Shown: positions 1 through 8,984 of the stretch, in pieces
How the letters are laid out: each line of letters opens with the position of its first letter
Numbering within the stretch: the first letter of the stretch is position 1
DNA from: Azolla caroliniana
Taxonomy: Eukaryota; Plantae; Polypodiophyta
Length of the DNA: 12,926 bases
Assembly (NCBI GenBank): GCA_043228905.1
Contig: JBHGNT010001014.1
Location: forward strand, 1-12,926
Direction: 5' to 3'
The notes under the pieces: model-generated
The model's database searches: none
The model's input: the letters and a program-made list of their open reading frames with translations, nothing else
Told to the model about the DNA's origin: nothing
Made by a program: the position numbers and the translations under genes

Positions 1-1930
1 CCTTGGCAGCTGAGAGGTCCTTTTGGCTGACCTCAAGCTCATTGACCAGAGCTTCCACTCGAAGAGTTACCGTTGCTTCTCTGTCATTCACAACTGAGAG
101 CTCTTTCCAACAGCTTTCCAACTCCCTGTTCAACATTGCAATCTTGGAGTTCAACTCTATCTCTGTGTCCTTCAGGGTTAAAGCTTCTCTTCGGCTAATT
201 TCTAGCTCAGTGGACAATACTTCGACCCTCGACAATAGACCAAGTTCTTTCTCATTAGCTATTGTGAGCTTTCTATGACTTGCTTCCAACTCCGCCTCCA
301 GTAGATTGTGCTTTTCTGATGATAGATATTCTTTCCTGCTCACATTCTTCAATTCCATTTGAACGTGCTCAAGTTTTGTCACCAGATTTGTGGCATTCAG
401 CGAAGCTGCAGATTCCTTTTCAGCCAATATAACCAACTCCATCTTCTGTCTCTTGCAATCTTCCTCCACAGAGGCCATAGCTAAAGTAGCACTTGCTATT
501 TGGTCTTCTAAGCTTCCTACTTCTCTTTGCTTCTCCTCTGTCATCTTTCTCAGGGCTCGGCTCAAATCCTCCATTTTCATCTTCAAATATACCTCATTCT
601 CTTCCATGATTTTGATATGTGTTTGATTTCTTTCTAATGTAGATTGAAAGGACTTCAGGAAGGATACAAACACTGCCCCCTCTACCATCACCTTCACCAA
701 ACTCTCTTCTGTTTCTTCTAGTTGAGAAGTTAAAATTGCTAGAGCTGAAGGAAGAACCGTTGATTCTTTAGTTTCCTTATCTTTCTCTCCATCAGCATTC
801 ACAGCATCATGAGTGGCAGAGCTATAGTCTCCTTGTTCTGTATCGTTGGCCCCTGAAAATTTACTCACCATAGACTTAGACATTCTCTCGACTTCATTTG
901 AATCAGCAAGGTCACTTCTAAGCTGTTCCAATATGGAATTCAGGTTAATCAGCTTGTATTCAGAACCACCTTCAGCTTCTTTCAAAACAGACAGCTCGAA
1001 TTGAAGCTTTTCCACAAGATATTTGGCCTTCCTGAGTTGGATTTCACAATTTCGAGCTGAAATGAGCTCGTGTTTCAAGATTTCTAGCTCAGACCTTAGA
1101 TTTTTAGGTTCATGGACTGCGTTGTCAATTTCTGAGTTCAAGCTAGATGACCCTTTCCCCGAGTAAAGCTCCACCTTCATCTCTTGTAATGCCAACCATG
1201 CATCTTTGAGTTGTGATTCAAAATCTTGCGCGAAAGCCAGATCCTGTTTCAATTCTGTTTCTGATCTTGCAATTAAAGCCTCCAAAACACCTTTATGCAA
1301 TTTCGAGCTAGCCTCAGATTTTACAGAAGCGAGCTCGAGTTGCAACCTGACAGTCTTGTCATTTCTATCCTTGAGTTGCACATCAAGCTTTGGATCTGAG
1401 TCAGATCTTGCCGTGAAGCTCGGATTATCATCACCATGACATTCTAAATCAGCAATCAAATCGTCCATTTCAGATGATGTGGCCCCAGCCAGAGAGCCCC
1501 TGGTGGCAATTAATTCAACTGATAGTTCCTCTAATCTTATTTGAGTGGATTCAGCTGCATTCAGTGCCTCACCAGCCAATCTTACGGCTTCATCTTTCGC
1601 CTCGACACATACAATAAGCTCATGTTTCAAGCTCTCCATGGCCTGCTTGGTTTCCTGCAGATCTTGCATAACCCTCTCATATTGGTGTTTCATGACTTCT
1701 AAGCTCGAAAACTCTCTCTCCTCAGCAAGTTGACAGTCTTTTTTCATTGAGAAGGCCTCATTAAATACTTGGAGTTTGGCTGTCAAATCTTCTACTTGTC
1801 CTTTTGTTCGTGCTAGGTCCTGGAGCACATTTGACTTAGATTGCTCCAACAAAGCGAGTTGCTCTTTTGTCTTGACAAGTTCTTCTTGAACTTGATGTAG
1901 CTCAGCTCCTCTAACGATGGGGATTCTCTT
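1..1930 (-). CDS. Exon 2 (partial, runs off the window) of a long coiled-coil protein, WEB (DUF827) family At5g16730/At3g02930-like, ICR/RIP-related N-terminus
   Basis: Hand translation from 1930 to 1 gives about 643 codons with no stop: KRIPIVRGAELHQVQEELVKTKEQLALLEQSKSNVLQDLARTKGQVEDLTAKL...VEAKDEAVRLAGEALNAAESTQIRLEELSVEL...ELEVSQKDLSAAK. It is E/K/L-rich with heptad periodicity and is preceded by the acceptor TGTGCAG (AG at 1932-1931). The family call rests on remembered similarity to At5g16730-type and ICR N-termini. Confidence 0.9.
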
Positions 1931-2475
1931 CTGCACATTGCACATTGTCATCTGGTGAGACATTACCAGCATGCATGTAATCATAGCTTAATGGTGTCAA
2001 TTACACATAATCATTACCTTAATGGTGTCAATTAAGGCCATTCAGGAATACATACATATAAGCTGGCATGAGGTCCTCACATGGCCCATACCACGGAGAA
2101 AATCAACTTGTTTGTACCTTGGAGATCTAGATGCCAAATAACAAGAAGAAGCGCACAACAGGTATATAGAGTGGGAGCCATCAGGATGGCCACCAATGAG
2201 CTACTATGCCTATTTGTGGCCTAATTGCTTCCATTTAGTACGATTGGTCTGATGTATAAATAGCAAGATGAAGTGCACTATAAAGGGTAACAAGCCCTAT
2301 ACGTATACTAGACCGGTCGTTATTGATGAGATGACTATCCACCAGCCAAAAACCTATTTCAAGCCTAATTGGCCTCAATTAAGGCATGATTACACGTATG
2401 CTCTGTAACATGAGATGCAAAAATTCTTACTTACACTGAATACTGAAACGATACAATCCTTATCATGAAACTTAC
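1931..2475 (-). other. GT-AG intron (545 nt, phase 0)
   Basis: GTAAGT donor and TGCAG acceptor; splicing restores a continuous reading frame. Confidence 0.88.
1966..2405. mobile_element. Putative MITE (TA-flanked, Tc1/mariner-type) inside the intron
   Basis: Imperfect terminal inverted repeats: 1968-1992 AGCATGCATGTAATCATAGCTTAAT versus the reverse complement of 2378-2402 AGCATACGTGTAATCATGCCTTAAT (21/25). TA lies on both sides (1964-1965, 2406-2407). A subterminal ~27-bp direct repeat sits at 1978-2003/2008-2034. No coding capacity. Confidence 0.6.
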
Positions 2476-2655
2476 CTCTGCACTGAAGAGGCGAGGAGAT
2501 CTTCGATCAGGTGGAGTAGCCTTGCCATTTCTCTCCCCAACCACTCCGCCAGCGCTAGTCTTAGATGAAGGCGGTGTAATTCTTTCCCCTGCTGATCCCG
2601 ACGCTTCTCTCTGGACCCTGGGCCTCGGTGTAGCTGGTGAAAGCTTGCTTGCCAT
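2476..2655 (-). CDS. Exon 1 of the same coiled-coil gene (60 aa, basic Ser/Pro-rich N-terminus)
   Basis: MASKLSPATPRPRVQRE...TPPDRRSPRLFSAE ends at the donor GAG|GTAAGT (GT at 2475-2474). It is 180 nt, phase 0, and joins exon 2 in frame. MASK..SPATPR and (D/E)RRSP(R/K) resemble the WEB At5g16730-type and ICR/RIP N-termini. Confidence 0.88.
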
Positions 2656-2842
2656 TTATGTATAAAGCTATCTATCTATATTGGCATATATAGACACATA
2701 TGTATGTATCTGTATAGATATAAAACACTATAAATAAATAACGAGATCAAATGCAGGTGCAATAATAGTCTTTGCTCACGAGATCTCATCCTAACCGCTG
2801 ATCGTTTAACTTCCTCTAGAGCAATGTACGGATCTTAGGCAT

Positions 2843-3152
2843 CTGTAAATTGATCAGACATAATGAATTCCGAGGGATAAACAGGCCAAAATGGATCCCG
2901 ATTCACTGGGTTCAAGTTTCAACAGCCAAATCGGGGGTCAAATGAGGAGAGAAGAAAGGATTGCTTTATATCTATACTTCTTAAAGTTTTAGCAACATAC
3001 GTAGATGGATAAATAGCACACACAACATACATTATTACAAAGGTCCCAGTCTCTGCCAATTGAGCTGAGATCTAAGCTAAGATTAAGCCTTGAAGACTCC
3101 CCAGTAGTTTAGTATGTTAAGTATGTTCTTGCTCGAAGAGATACACACTTAC
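2843..3152 (-). other. Probable second 5'UTR intron of the coiled-coil gene
   Basis: GTAAGT donor at 3152 and TTTACAG acceptor ending at 2843. Motif-based only. Confidence 0.45.
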
Positions 3153-3207
3153 TATATGTGTGTAAGAGCTTAATCAATTGAGTGCAGTCTTTAATCTTCA
3201 CTTTTCT

Positions 3208-3336
3208 CTGCAAAATACAAAGAGCAAGAGCAAAAAAACGAAGATTTAGTTAATAAGGACGGTTTCCGTTGCTCGCATATGAGCGAGAGAGAGAGAGAGA
3301 GAGAGAGAAGGAGAGTAACGTCCACCTTTGACATAC
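3208..3336 (-). other. Probable first 5'UTR intron of the coiled-coil gene
   Basis: G|GTATGT donor at 3336, an internal (TC)12 tract, and a strong polypyrimidine acceptor TTTTTTTGCTCTTGCTCTTTGTATTTTGCAG ending at 3208. This leaves a 55-nt non-coding exon at 3207-3153. Confidence 0.55.
3285..3308. repeat. (GA)12 microsatellite
   Basis: Directly visible. Confidence 0.95.
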
Positions 3337-3610
3337 CATATGTGAGGAAATGAAGCTGCGTTAGTCAAAGGTAGCAGCAATAATGGCGATCTGTGCAAAG
3401 CAGCTTGGAAAGAAGTAGCAGAGCAAAGGAAAAAGGAAACCAAAGCTTGGAGAGCGTGAAAGAGATTCTAGAAACGGAGCTCTAATGGTGGAGCTCTCTT
3501 TGCTTCTTCCTCCCCATTCTTCTTCTGTCGGTTCTCCTCGTCTTTCATCTTCTGCTTCTGCTTCTGCAGAGTTCCTGCGTTGTGTGAGTGAGTCAAGACG
3601 ATCTCTGTCT

Positions 3611-3628
3611 GTGTGTGTGTGTGTGTGT
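3611..3628. repeat. (GT)9 microsatellite
   Basis: Directly visible; lies in the presumed promoter/TSS region. Confidence 0.95.
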
Positions 3629-3747
3629 TAGTCTGTCGTTGTCGAACTTTAACTCATAGTACGACAGATCCCTGTCTGTTTTACGCCGGCCATGGCTAAC
3701 CGGCTATCACCGGTTTCTGCTGACGTTTGCTTTTCGTTTTCTTCTTC

Positions 3748-3783
3748 TTATTATTGTTATTATTATTATTATTATTGTTATTA
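3748..3783. repeat. Imperfect (TTA)12 microsatellite
   Basis: Directly visible, with two TTG interruptions. Confidence 0.92.
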
Positions 3784-4048
3784 ATAATTATCATGATTAT
3801 CCATCCCCACCCAATGTCACAAAGTAGTAAGTATCCTTCCAAGTTTGAGAGAGAGAGGATTTTATTATCCTATGACTTACGAGACCAAATACATATAACA
3901 TTTTCATGTACTACATGTCAAAGTGAGCTGCGAATCTCAATATTCAAGTGTTTTACTAACGACCACAATCGAGATTGCATACACATACAAATATACATAC
4001 ATTACATATGTACATTCATGTTTATTCATGTAAGCATACATATTTTAT

Positions 4049-4249
4049 GCAATACATCACTCGACTTGCTGCTAGCTCCCATGTTGAGTAGTCGGCGTCT
4101 TTCGGGTCGGGTCAATTTTCTTGTGCTCCTTTAATGTAGCTCCAATATCCTTGGCCGACAAGGTATTGGTGCATCTTGTACTCCTAAGATGCAAAGTTTT
4201 TTCTATCCAACTTCTCACTAAGGAGAGCACTCCCCACTTGAGTATTCAT
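4049..4249 (-). pseudogene. gag: Copia gag N-terminal fragment (DUF4219/Retrotran_gag_2-like)
   Basis: MNTQVGSALLSEKLDRKNFAS*EYKMHQYLVGQGYWSYIKGAQEN*PDPKDADYSTWELAASRVMYC (67 codons, two stops). It has the copia gag pattern KLD..NF..W..KM..YL...G.W..I.G. Not in the ORF track. Confidence 0.85.
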
Positions 4250-4383
4250 TATGTCGATGAAGCTTTCTTTCTTCTTTTCCTTCTCTCTCGAACACGAGCT
4301 ATGTAGTGGCACTACGATAGCAATGGACCGGTGTCGTAGTGTACAAAGTACACTACGTAAAATATGTGTGGAGTACCAGGTTG

Positions 4384-4647
4384 ACTAAGTATAAAGAAAT
4401 AGGAGAAAATACTACAATAATTATAATACATGCATAGGGCAAGATTTGAACCCTATACCTCCATGTTAATGATTTTAAGCCTTACCATTATACTAGCACA
4501 TTATGAGTTTTAAAGTTCTACTTTTTATCCCACCTAAATATTCTAGATAAGCATGATAGAAAAAGTTATTCGTGCATACACACTCGAGTTAAATGAAAGA
4601 GTGTGATAGAAAGCTAATCGTGCACATGTAGTGTGCATGAACACTAG
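4384..4647 (+). mobile_element. Possible small non-autonomous Helitron
   Basis: Hairpin CGTGCACA-TGTAG-TGTGCATG (4619-4639) followed 4 nt later by CTAG (4644-4647), which is the Helitron 3' signature. A partial duplicate (GATAGAAA..TCGTGCA) lies at about 4555-4576. A canonical 5' TC and flanking T are not evident. Confidence 0.4.
4436..4497 (-). other. Degenerate tRNA-derived (SINE-like) Pol III A/B-box motif
   Basis: Minus strand: A-box-like TAGTATAATGG (4495-4485), a 32-nt spacer, then B-box-like GGTTCAAATCT (4452-4442). No complete cloverleaf. Confidence 0.45.
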
Positions 4648-4920
4648 AGTTAGAAAAGGCATGATGCTTGCATGTAGTAAAAATACTCTCCCATCACTAT
4701 ATAAGGATGGGGGAGCAAATTGTAAAGGGTTGTTGTCGATTTTGGGTTTTCTAAATATTGATTGAATTGATTATAGTCATGTGATTCACAATTTCCTATC
4801 TCTCTCTTCCAATCTATTGAAAGTTTGGGTTGATTTCTTGATATTCTTAATACTAATTATACTAATTCACTATACTATGAAATTCACGAGATTCTGAGCT
4901 TTCTCTTTCATATTCTTATT
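4648..4920 (+). mobile_element. LTR-like fragment (TATA/R/U5 part)
   Basis: CTATATAAG TATA box at 4697-4705 followed by TTGTAA and a pyrimidine-rich U5-like stretch ending ...TTCATATTCTTAT. No TG/CA pair or TSD found. Confidence 0.35.
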
Positions 4921-5073
4921 AGCCTTAGACTTCTCCTCCTCCTAGTCCAAAGCCTCAACGGTTTCCACCTGACTCACGTAATGATCTGACCCCAAAAGGC
5001 ACAACACCGGTTCTTCTTGAATGTCGGCATAGAACACAACACACGCGGATGGGCTAGATCGACCTACCAAGCC

Positions 5074-5085
5074 GCTTTGATACCA
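5074..5085 (-). promoter_or_regulatory. Primer-binding site (tRNA-iMet)
   Basis: Reverse complement TGGTATCAAAGC, one mismatch to the canonical TGGTATCAGAGC, directly after the LTR's terminal ...TTTACA. Confidence 0.9.
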
Positions 5086-5541
5086 TGTAAAGAATCGGAT
5101 ATGATTCTTGTGTAGCGGAAGAGATGTGTGTTATGTGTGTGTATGTGTGAGAGAAAAGAGATGAGAGAAGAGAACCACAAGATACATAACCAAGAGAAAT
5201 GAAATACTCAAGAAGGAGATGCATATTCACAAGGAGAATATGAGATAAAAAAATGTAGCATTACAAGGAGTCACAACCGGCACTATATGAAGTAGGAGGA
5301 GGGTTCTTTATATATAGTCACCCTCTCTCTTCATTAACTAACAACTACTCTCTCTTGGGTAATGTGAAGACTCATTAGTCATGGGGAATATGAAACTCAT
5401 TAGTTATGTTTCATAGAATATAATTCTATGACACACACTTCATGTGTAGAGAGTAGTGGTATGACTTTTGACCTTTGAGTGCTCATAGATTCTCAAAGGG
5501 TCTGTTCACACACAATGCTAGGTTGAGCTTGATTCTCAACA
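5086..5541 (-). repeat. 5' LTR (456 bp)
   Basis: Minus strand TGTTGAGAATC...GATTCTTTACA (9/11 terminal inverted repeat). CTATATATAAAG TATA at about 5317-5306. A short U3 direct repeat (TGAA[G]ACTCATTAGTYATG at about 5365 and 5391). Adjacent to the PBS. Confidence 0.88.
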
Positions 5542-6479
5542 ATTGCCACAAAAACCACGGTAACAACCCTAGAATTGGCTTACCAATTTGTTGAAGAGTT
5601 ATTTCATTTTTATGGGTTACCGATGGATATTGTGAGTGATTGAGATCCAAAGTTTAATAGCAACTTTTGGACGCAAGTCTTTAATAAGCTAAAAACTCCA
5701 TGGATCATCCTCAATCCAATGGATAGACAGAAGGAATAAATCAAATTATTGAGGACATGCTTCGAGCATATGTTGGTGCAAATCCAACAAAGTGGGAATA
5801 TTATCTCCCGATTCTGGAATTTGCTTATAACAGCTCCAAGTATACATCGACAGGATATAGTCCTTTTATGTCAATGTATGGTTTTCAGCCACGAGCCCCA
5901 ATTGATGTTAATATACATCATAATGAATTGCGAAGTACGCAAAAATTTCTTTGGGATATGCAATATATGTTGCATATTGCATGAGATAATATAAAAATAG
6001 CTCAAGATAGAGCGCATTTTTATGTCGATCATAATAGGCAACCTCGTGTATTCAACATTGGACAAAAGGTATTTTTATGTGTACCTCACAATTCTAAGAC
6101 ATTGTCTACGAGCAAGTGCGCTAAGTTAGCCCCATAGTTTTGTGGACCTTTTATGGTCCTCAAACACATTGGTTCATCGGCTTATCGTCTCGCTCTTCCT
6201 AATGGTGTTGAAATCCATCCAATTTTTCATGTAAGTTATCTAAAAGAATTTCTTGGTTCTGGCGACAGTACAGTTATAACTGAATCTCTGGTTACTTTTG
6301 AAGAATTATCTTCTAAACCACATGTACAAGAAAGAATTCTCGATGTTAAAACAAAAAATTTAAAATTAAATAGATGGATAAGTCTATACAATATGCTGCA
6401 TGGGAATACGAAAATACTCTTAAAACTAACGTCCCCAACTTTTCATTGCAATAATGCAATGTTTTAAAGAGGGGGAGTA
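5542..6479 (+). pseudogene. Ty3/gypsy chromovirus integrase core, GPF/Y region and chromodomain remnant
   Basis: YGLPMDIVSD*DPKFNSNFW; HPQSNG*TE..NQIIEDMLRAYV; WEYYLPILEFAYNSS..STGYSPF; KLAP*FCGPF..AYRLALP...HPIFHVSYLK; ERILD...KIK*MD...AAWE...PNFSL. Several stops and two small frameshifting deletions (about 5697 and 6361). Confidence 0.93.
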
Positions 6480-6560
6480 TGTTACGGGCATGACCATATA
6501 ATATCTCGTGGTAAGGTTTACCATAGTATTCTATACTTTTAATCCTTGGGATTGAGACAA
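6466..6560 (+). mobile_element. Polypurine tract and start of the 3' LTR of the gypsy element (right end undefined)
   Basis: AAAGAGGGGGAG (6466-6477), TA, then TGTTACG starting at 6480. The LTR end cannot be identified. Confidence 0.75.
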
Positions 6561-6689
6561 CCCATTAGGCCAAGTGTGAACTTGCCTGGGGGCCTTAGGT
6601 CTGGCCTAGCTACCCTCATTTGACATCTCTTGACTATGTCGAGACTTTGTCCTTGTGGCGGAACAACTCTTGTAGCGATATCTAATTAG

Positions 6690-7457
6690 CTACCACACTT
6701 TATACTGCTTAGCAACCTGAATCTTTTTCCTAATTGTTGTCACTACCAAAGTGACCTTGCTTTCCATCACAACCGCCAAAGTTGCTTTCTCTAAAGCAAA
6801 CTTTGTTGCCTCCAATGTCTCACAGGCTTCATGGACATTTTTCAACATATAGCTAATCAATGTCTCACCTGTATCATTGACATTTTCTTTCATGTTGATT
6901 CTGTGTGGTGTCTCCTTGCGGGTTTGGTGGGAGTCGGCAGTTGCATCATCAACTGCCATGCTCCAGAATCACACCATCTTTTGTTGCAAGCTCCCCATCG
7001 TCTGGCATTGTTCTACCAACGCCTCACTTGCAAGAGCACAAGCTATCATGTACATTTCAGGGTTAGTTGCTTCCTTCGTTGTTTTGCAATACTCGTAGGC
7101 AAAAGCTCTAGTGAATGCAATGGACAATTCTTTGTTGACTGGGATCTCTTGATGTACTTTTTGGTGGAGCCTCATGAAGTCGTCATACAACTTTGGTTGT
7201 ACATGCTTCAACTTTATCTCGCCTTTCACTCTAGGCACTTTATAGACTGACAACTAGTCTATACTAATCAATTTATCTGTTAGCACAATAGGGTCAATAC
7301 CCTCCATTGATAGACCATATACATGGTTGAAGTTCTCCTTTGTCTCACAAAACTTGGCAAAGTTTAGAACCCTAGGATATGGAGGAACAAGCCACCTGAA
7401 ATAAAAAATCAATACGTGTTACCTCTGCTCTACTGGGACAGGTGTATTTAGAATCAT
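6690..7457 (-). pseudogene. Unidentified spliced pseudogene, probably transposon-associated
   Basis: One frame from the acceptor TTTATTTCAG (7396) to 6690, with stops only at 7256-7254, 6971-6969 and 6692-6690: WLVPPYPRVLNFAKFCE...YGLSMEGIDP...GEIKLKHVQPKLYDDFMRLHQKVHQEIPVNKELSIAFTRAFAYEYC...ETLEATKFALEKA. An upstream in-frame mini-exon reads MILNTPVPVEQR (7457-7423). A further donor CAG|GTATGC is at 7853. Confidence 0.6.
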
Positions 7458-7572
7458 AATTAGTAGGGAAGAATAAAAAATAAAAAATCAAGCACATGCA
7501 TCAAAATCCTAATCAAGTTTGGGGGAAATTTGTAGATAGATAACCATTGTAATAAAAAATGTGTATTGATGC

Positions 7573-7695
7573 AAAATTTCAACCCTAAACCAGAAAATTT
7601 CAACCCTAAACTAGAAAATTTCAACCGTAATCAGAAATAAAAAACCCTAATAAGAAATCAACCGCTAAAAGAAATCAGAAACCCTAATCTGAAAT
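7573..7695. repeat. ~21-bp tandem repeat with telo-box-like AACCCTAA cores
   Basis: AAAATTTCAACCCTAAAC(C/T)AG units at 7573, 7594 and 7615, then degenerate copies containing AAACCCTAA. Confidence 0.85.
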
Positions 7696-8499
7696 ATGTA
7701 TGAAATTAACACTAATAATATTTTTTGACAATTAGAAACACACTTGCCGCTACACCCCAATTTTCACGACATCCTTGATGAACAAGCAAGATAGTTATTA
7801 GAAAGGGGAAAAAAATAAAAATTGAATGCATGTAATGTGTAATTGATGCATACCTGGATGAGGATCAAAATGGTGGTGTGTTGGTGCTATAAAGGTGCAA
7901 TGTCGATATCAGAGTTTTTGTGCTGCTGTGGAGCTTCGTTTGCGTTTGTGCTCAGAGTACTCCATCTATTTGGATTTCGAACTCAAACTCAAGATTAACA
8001 AGACTTTGCTAACATTCAAGTCGAGTTTAGATGAGGGAAATGTTCCCTAGGTTCCACAATGTAAGAAACCAAAGTTTAAAATTTTGAGTATTCCCATAAA
8101 TTACCTATTCACCATAATAAATTACATGCATTTAAGTAATAAAGCAATTTTTTTTTGTAAATGATCCTTATGATTTGCCCACGAAAAATTAGCTAAACAA
8201 ATATGGCCATTTTAATAGGTAAAGCTATAATAGTGTTTTCATTCCCATGCTTTTACCCACATATATATGTTGTGTGGAACATACATACACACACACAAAT
8301 ATAACACACATCACACATGCCATCCATAAGATTGACATATTCGCATTTGTGGGGTTTCCCATTCGAATGCAAACGAATACGCATACGAATGCATGGTCAA
8401 CTATTCGTTTAACCCAAAATAAATAAATAAATAAAGAGTCCAAGAACTCCCTCCTTTTTTAGTTTACTAGGATAAAAGAAAGGGACATTAAAATAGGCA

Positions 8500-8790
8500 C
8501 TTGACACTAACAAATTTTTATAATAAATATAAAAGTTCATTTTATTTTTAATAAATAAATAAAATAAAATAAAGGTTCATTAATTCCTCACATTTTATTC
8601 TCTCAAAAATTATGGATATTTTTATTTTGACACTAAAAATTGGACTTCACACTAATCATATTTCTATAATAAATATACAAATATTTGTTTTTCTTAAAAT
8701 TAATTAATTAAAATAAAGGTTCATAAACTTCCCCATTTTTTATTTGACACTATAAAGGAGAGTTAATACTAATCATATGTTTATAAGCTA
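8500..8790. repeat. Degenerate AT-rich direct repeats (~120-140 bp period)
   Basis: TTGACACTA at 8501/8627/8744, AAAATAAAGGTTCAT at 8566/8710, ACTAATCATAT at 8651/8768. Confidence 0.65.
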
Positions 8791-8984
8791 TTAATGAATG
8801 ATTGTTCTTTTTTTAGTGAATTAAATTTATCTAAATAAAAAAAAGAATAAGTTAATATTGTATATATTTATTTTGTAAAATGAATGGTTCTATAATATTC
8901 TTGTGGGCATTTGGTATTCTCGAATATTCTGAATATCACACATGGAGAATATGACGAATATCACACATGTGTCAATCTATGCAT

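Larger units (their letters stand above)
4049..5541 (-). mobile_element. 3'-truncated Ty1/copia retrotransposon (5' LTR, PBS, interrupted leader, start of gag)
   Basis: LTR, PBS and gag are in the correct order and orientation on the minus strand. The leader appears interrupted by unrelated AT-rich sequence at about 4381-4920, so linkage of gag to this LTR is inferred. Confidence 0.75.

Noticed and set aside
3-1733. Plus-strand Ser/Leu/Phe-rich ORFs (3-278, 390-626, 1206-1439, 1545-1733) and 2465-2665
   Set aside because: Antisense shadows of the E/K-rich minus-strand gene.
3632-3668. 8-bp inverted repeat TCTGTCGT/ACGACAGA near the presumed promoter
   Set aside because: A short stem with a 21-nt loop is compatible with chance.
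3727-4134. 135-aa ORF with a poly-Leu signal-peptide-like start
   Set aside because: The poly-Leu comes from the (TTA)n microsatellite, the start is not ATG, and the rest is low complexity or antisense gag.
4303-4359. CACTAC/GTAGTG motifs as CACTA transposon ends
   Set aside because: They are too closely spaced, there is no 3-bp TSD or subterminal repeat array, and they sit in a Copia leader.
4436-4497. Functional tRNA gene
   Set aside because: The acceptor, anticodon and T stems do not pair properly; only the A/B boxes remain.
7573-7695. Interstitial telomere array or CRISPR array
   Set aside because: These are isolated CCCTAA cores in 21-bp units, not tandem TTTAGGG. There are no unique spacers or cas genes, and the context is eukaryotic.
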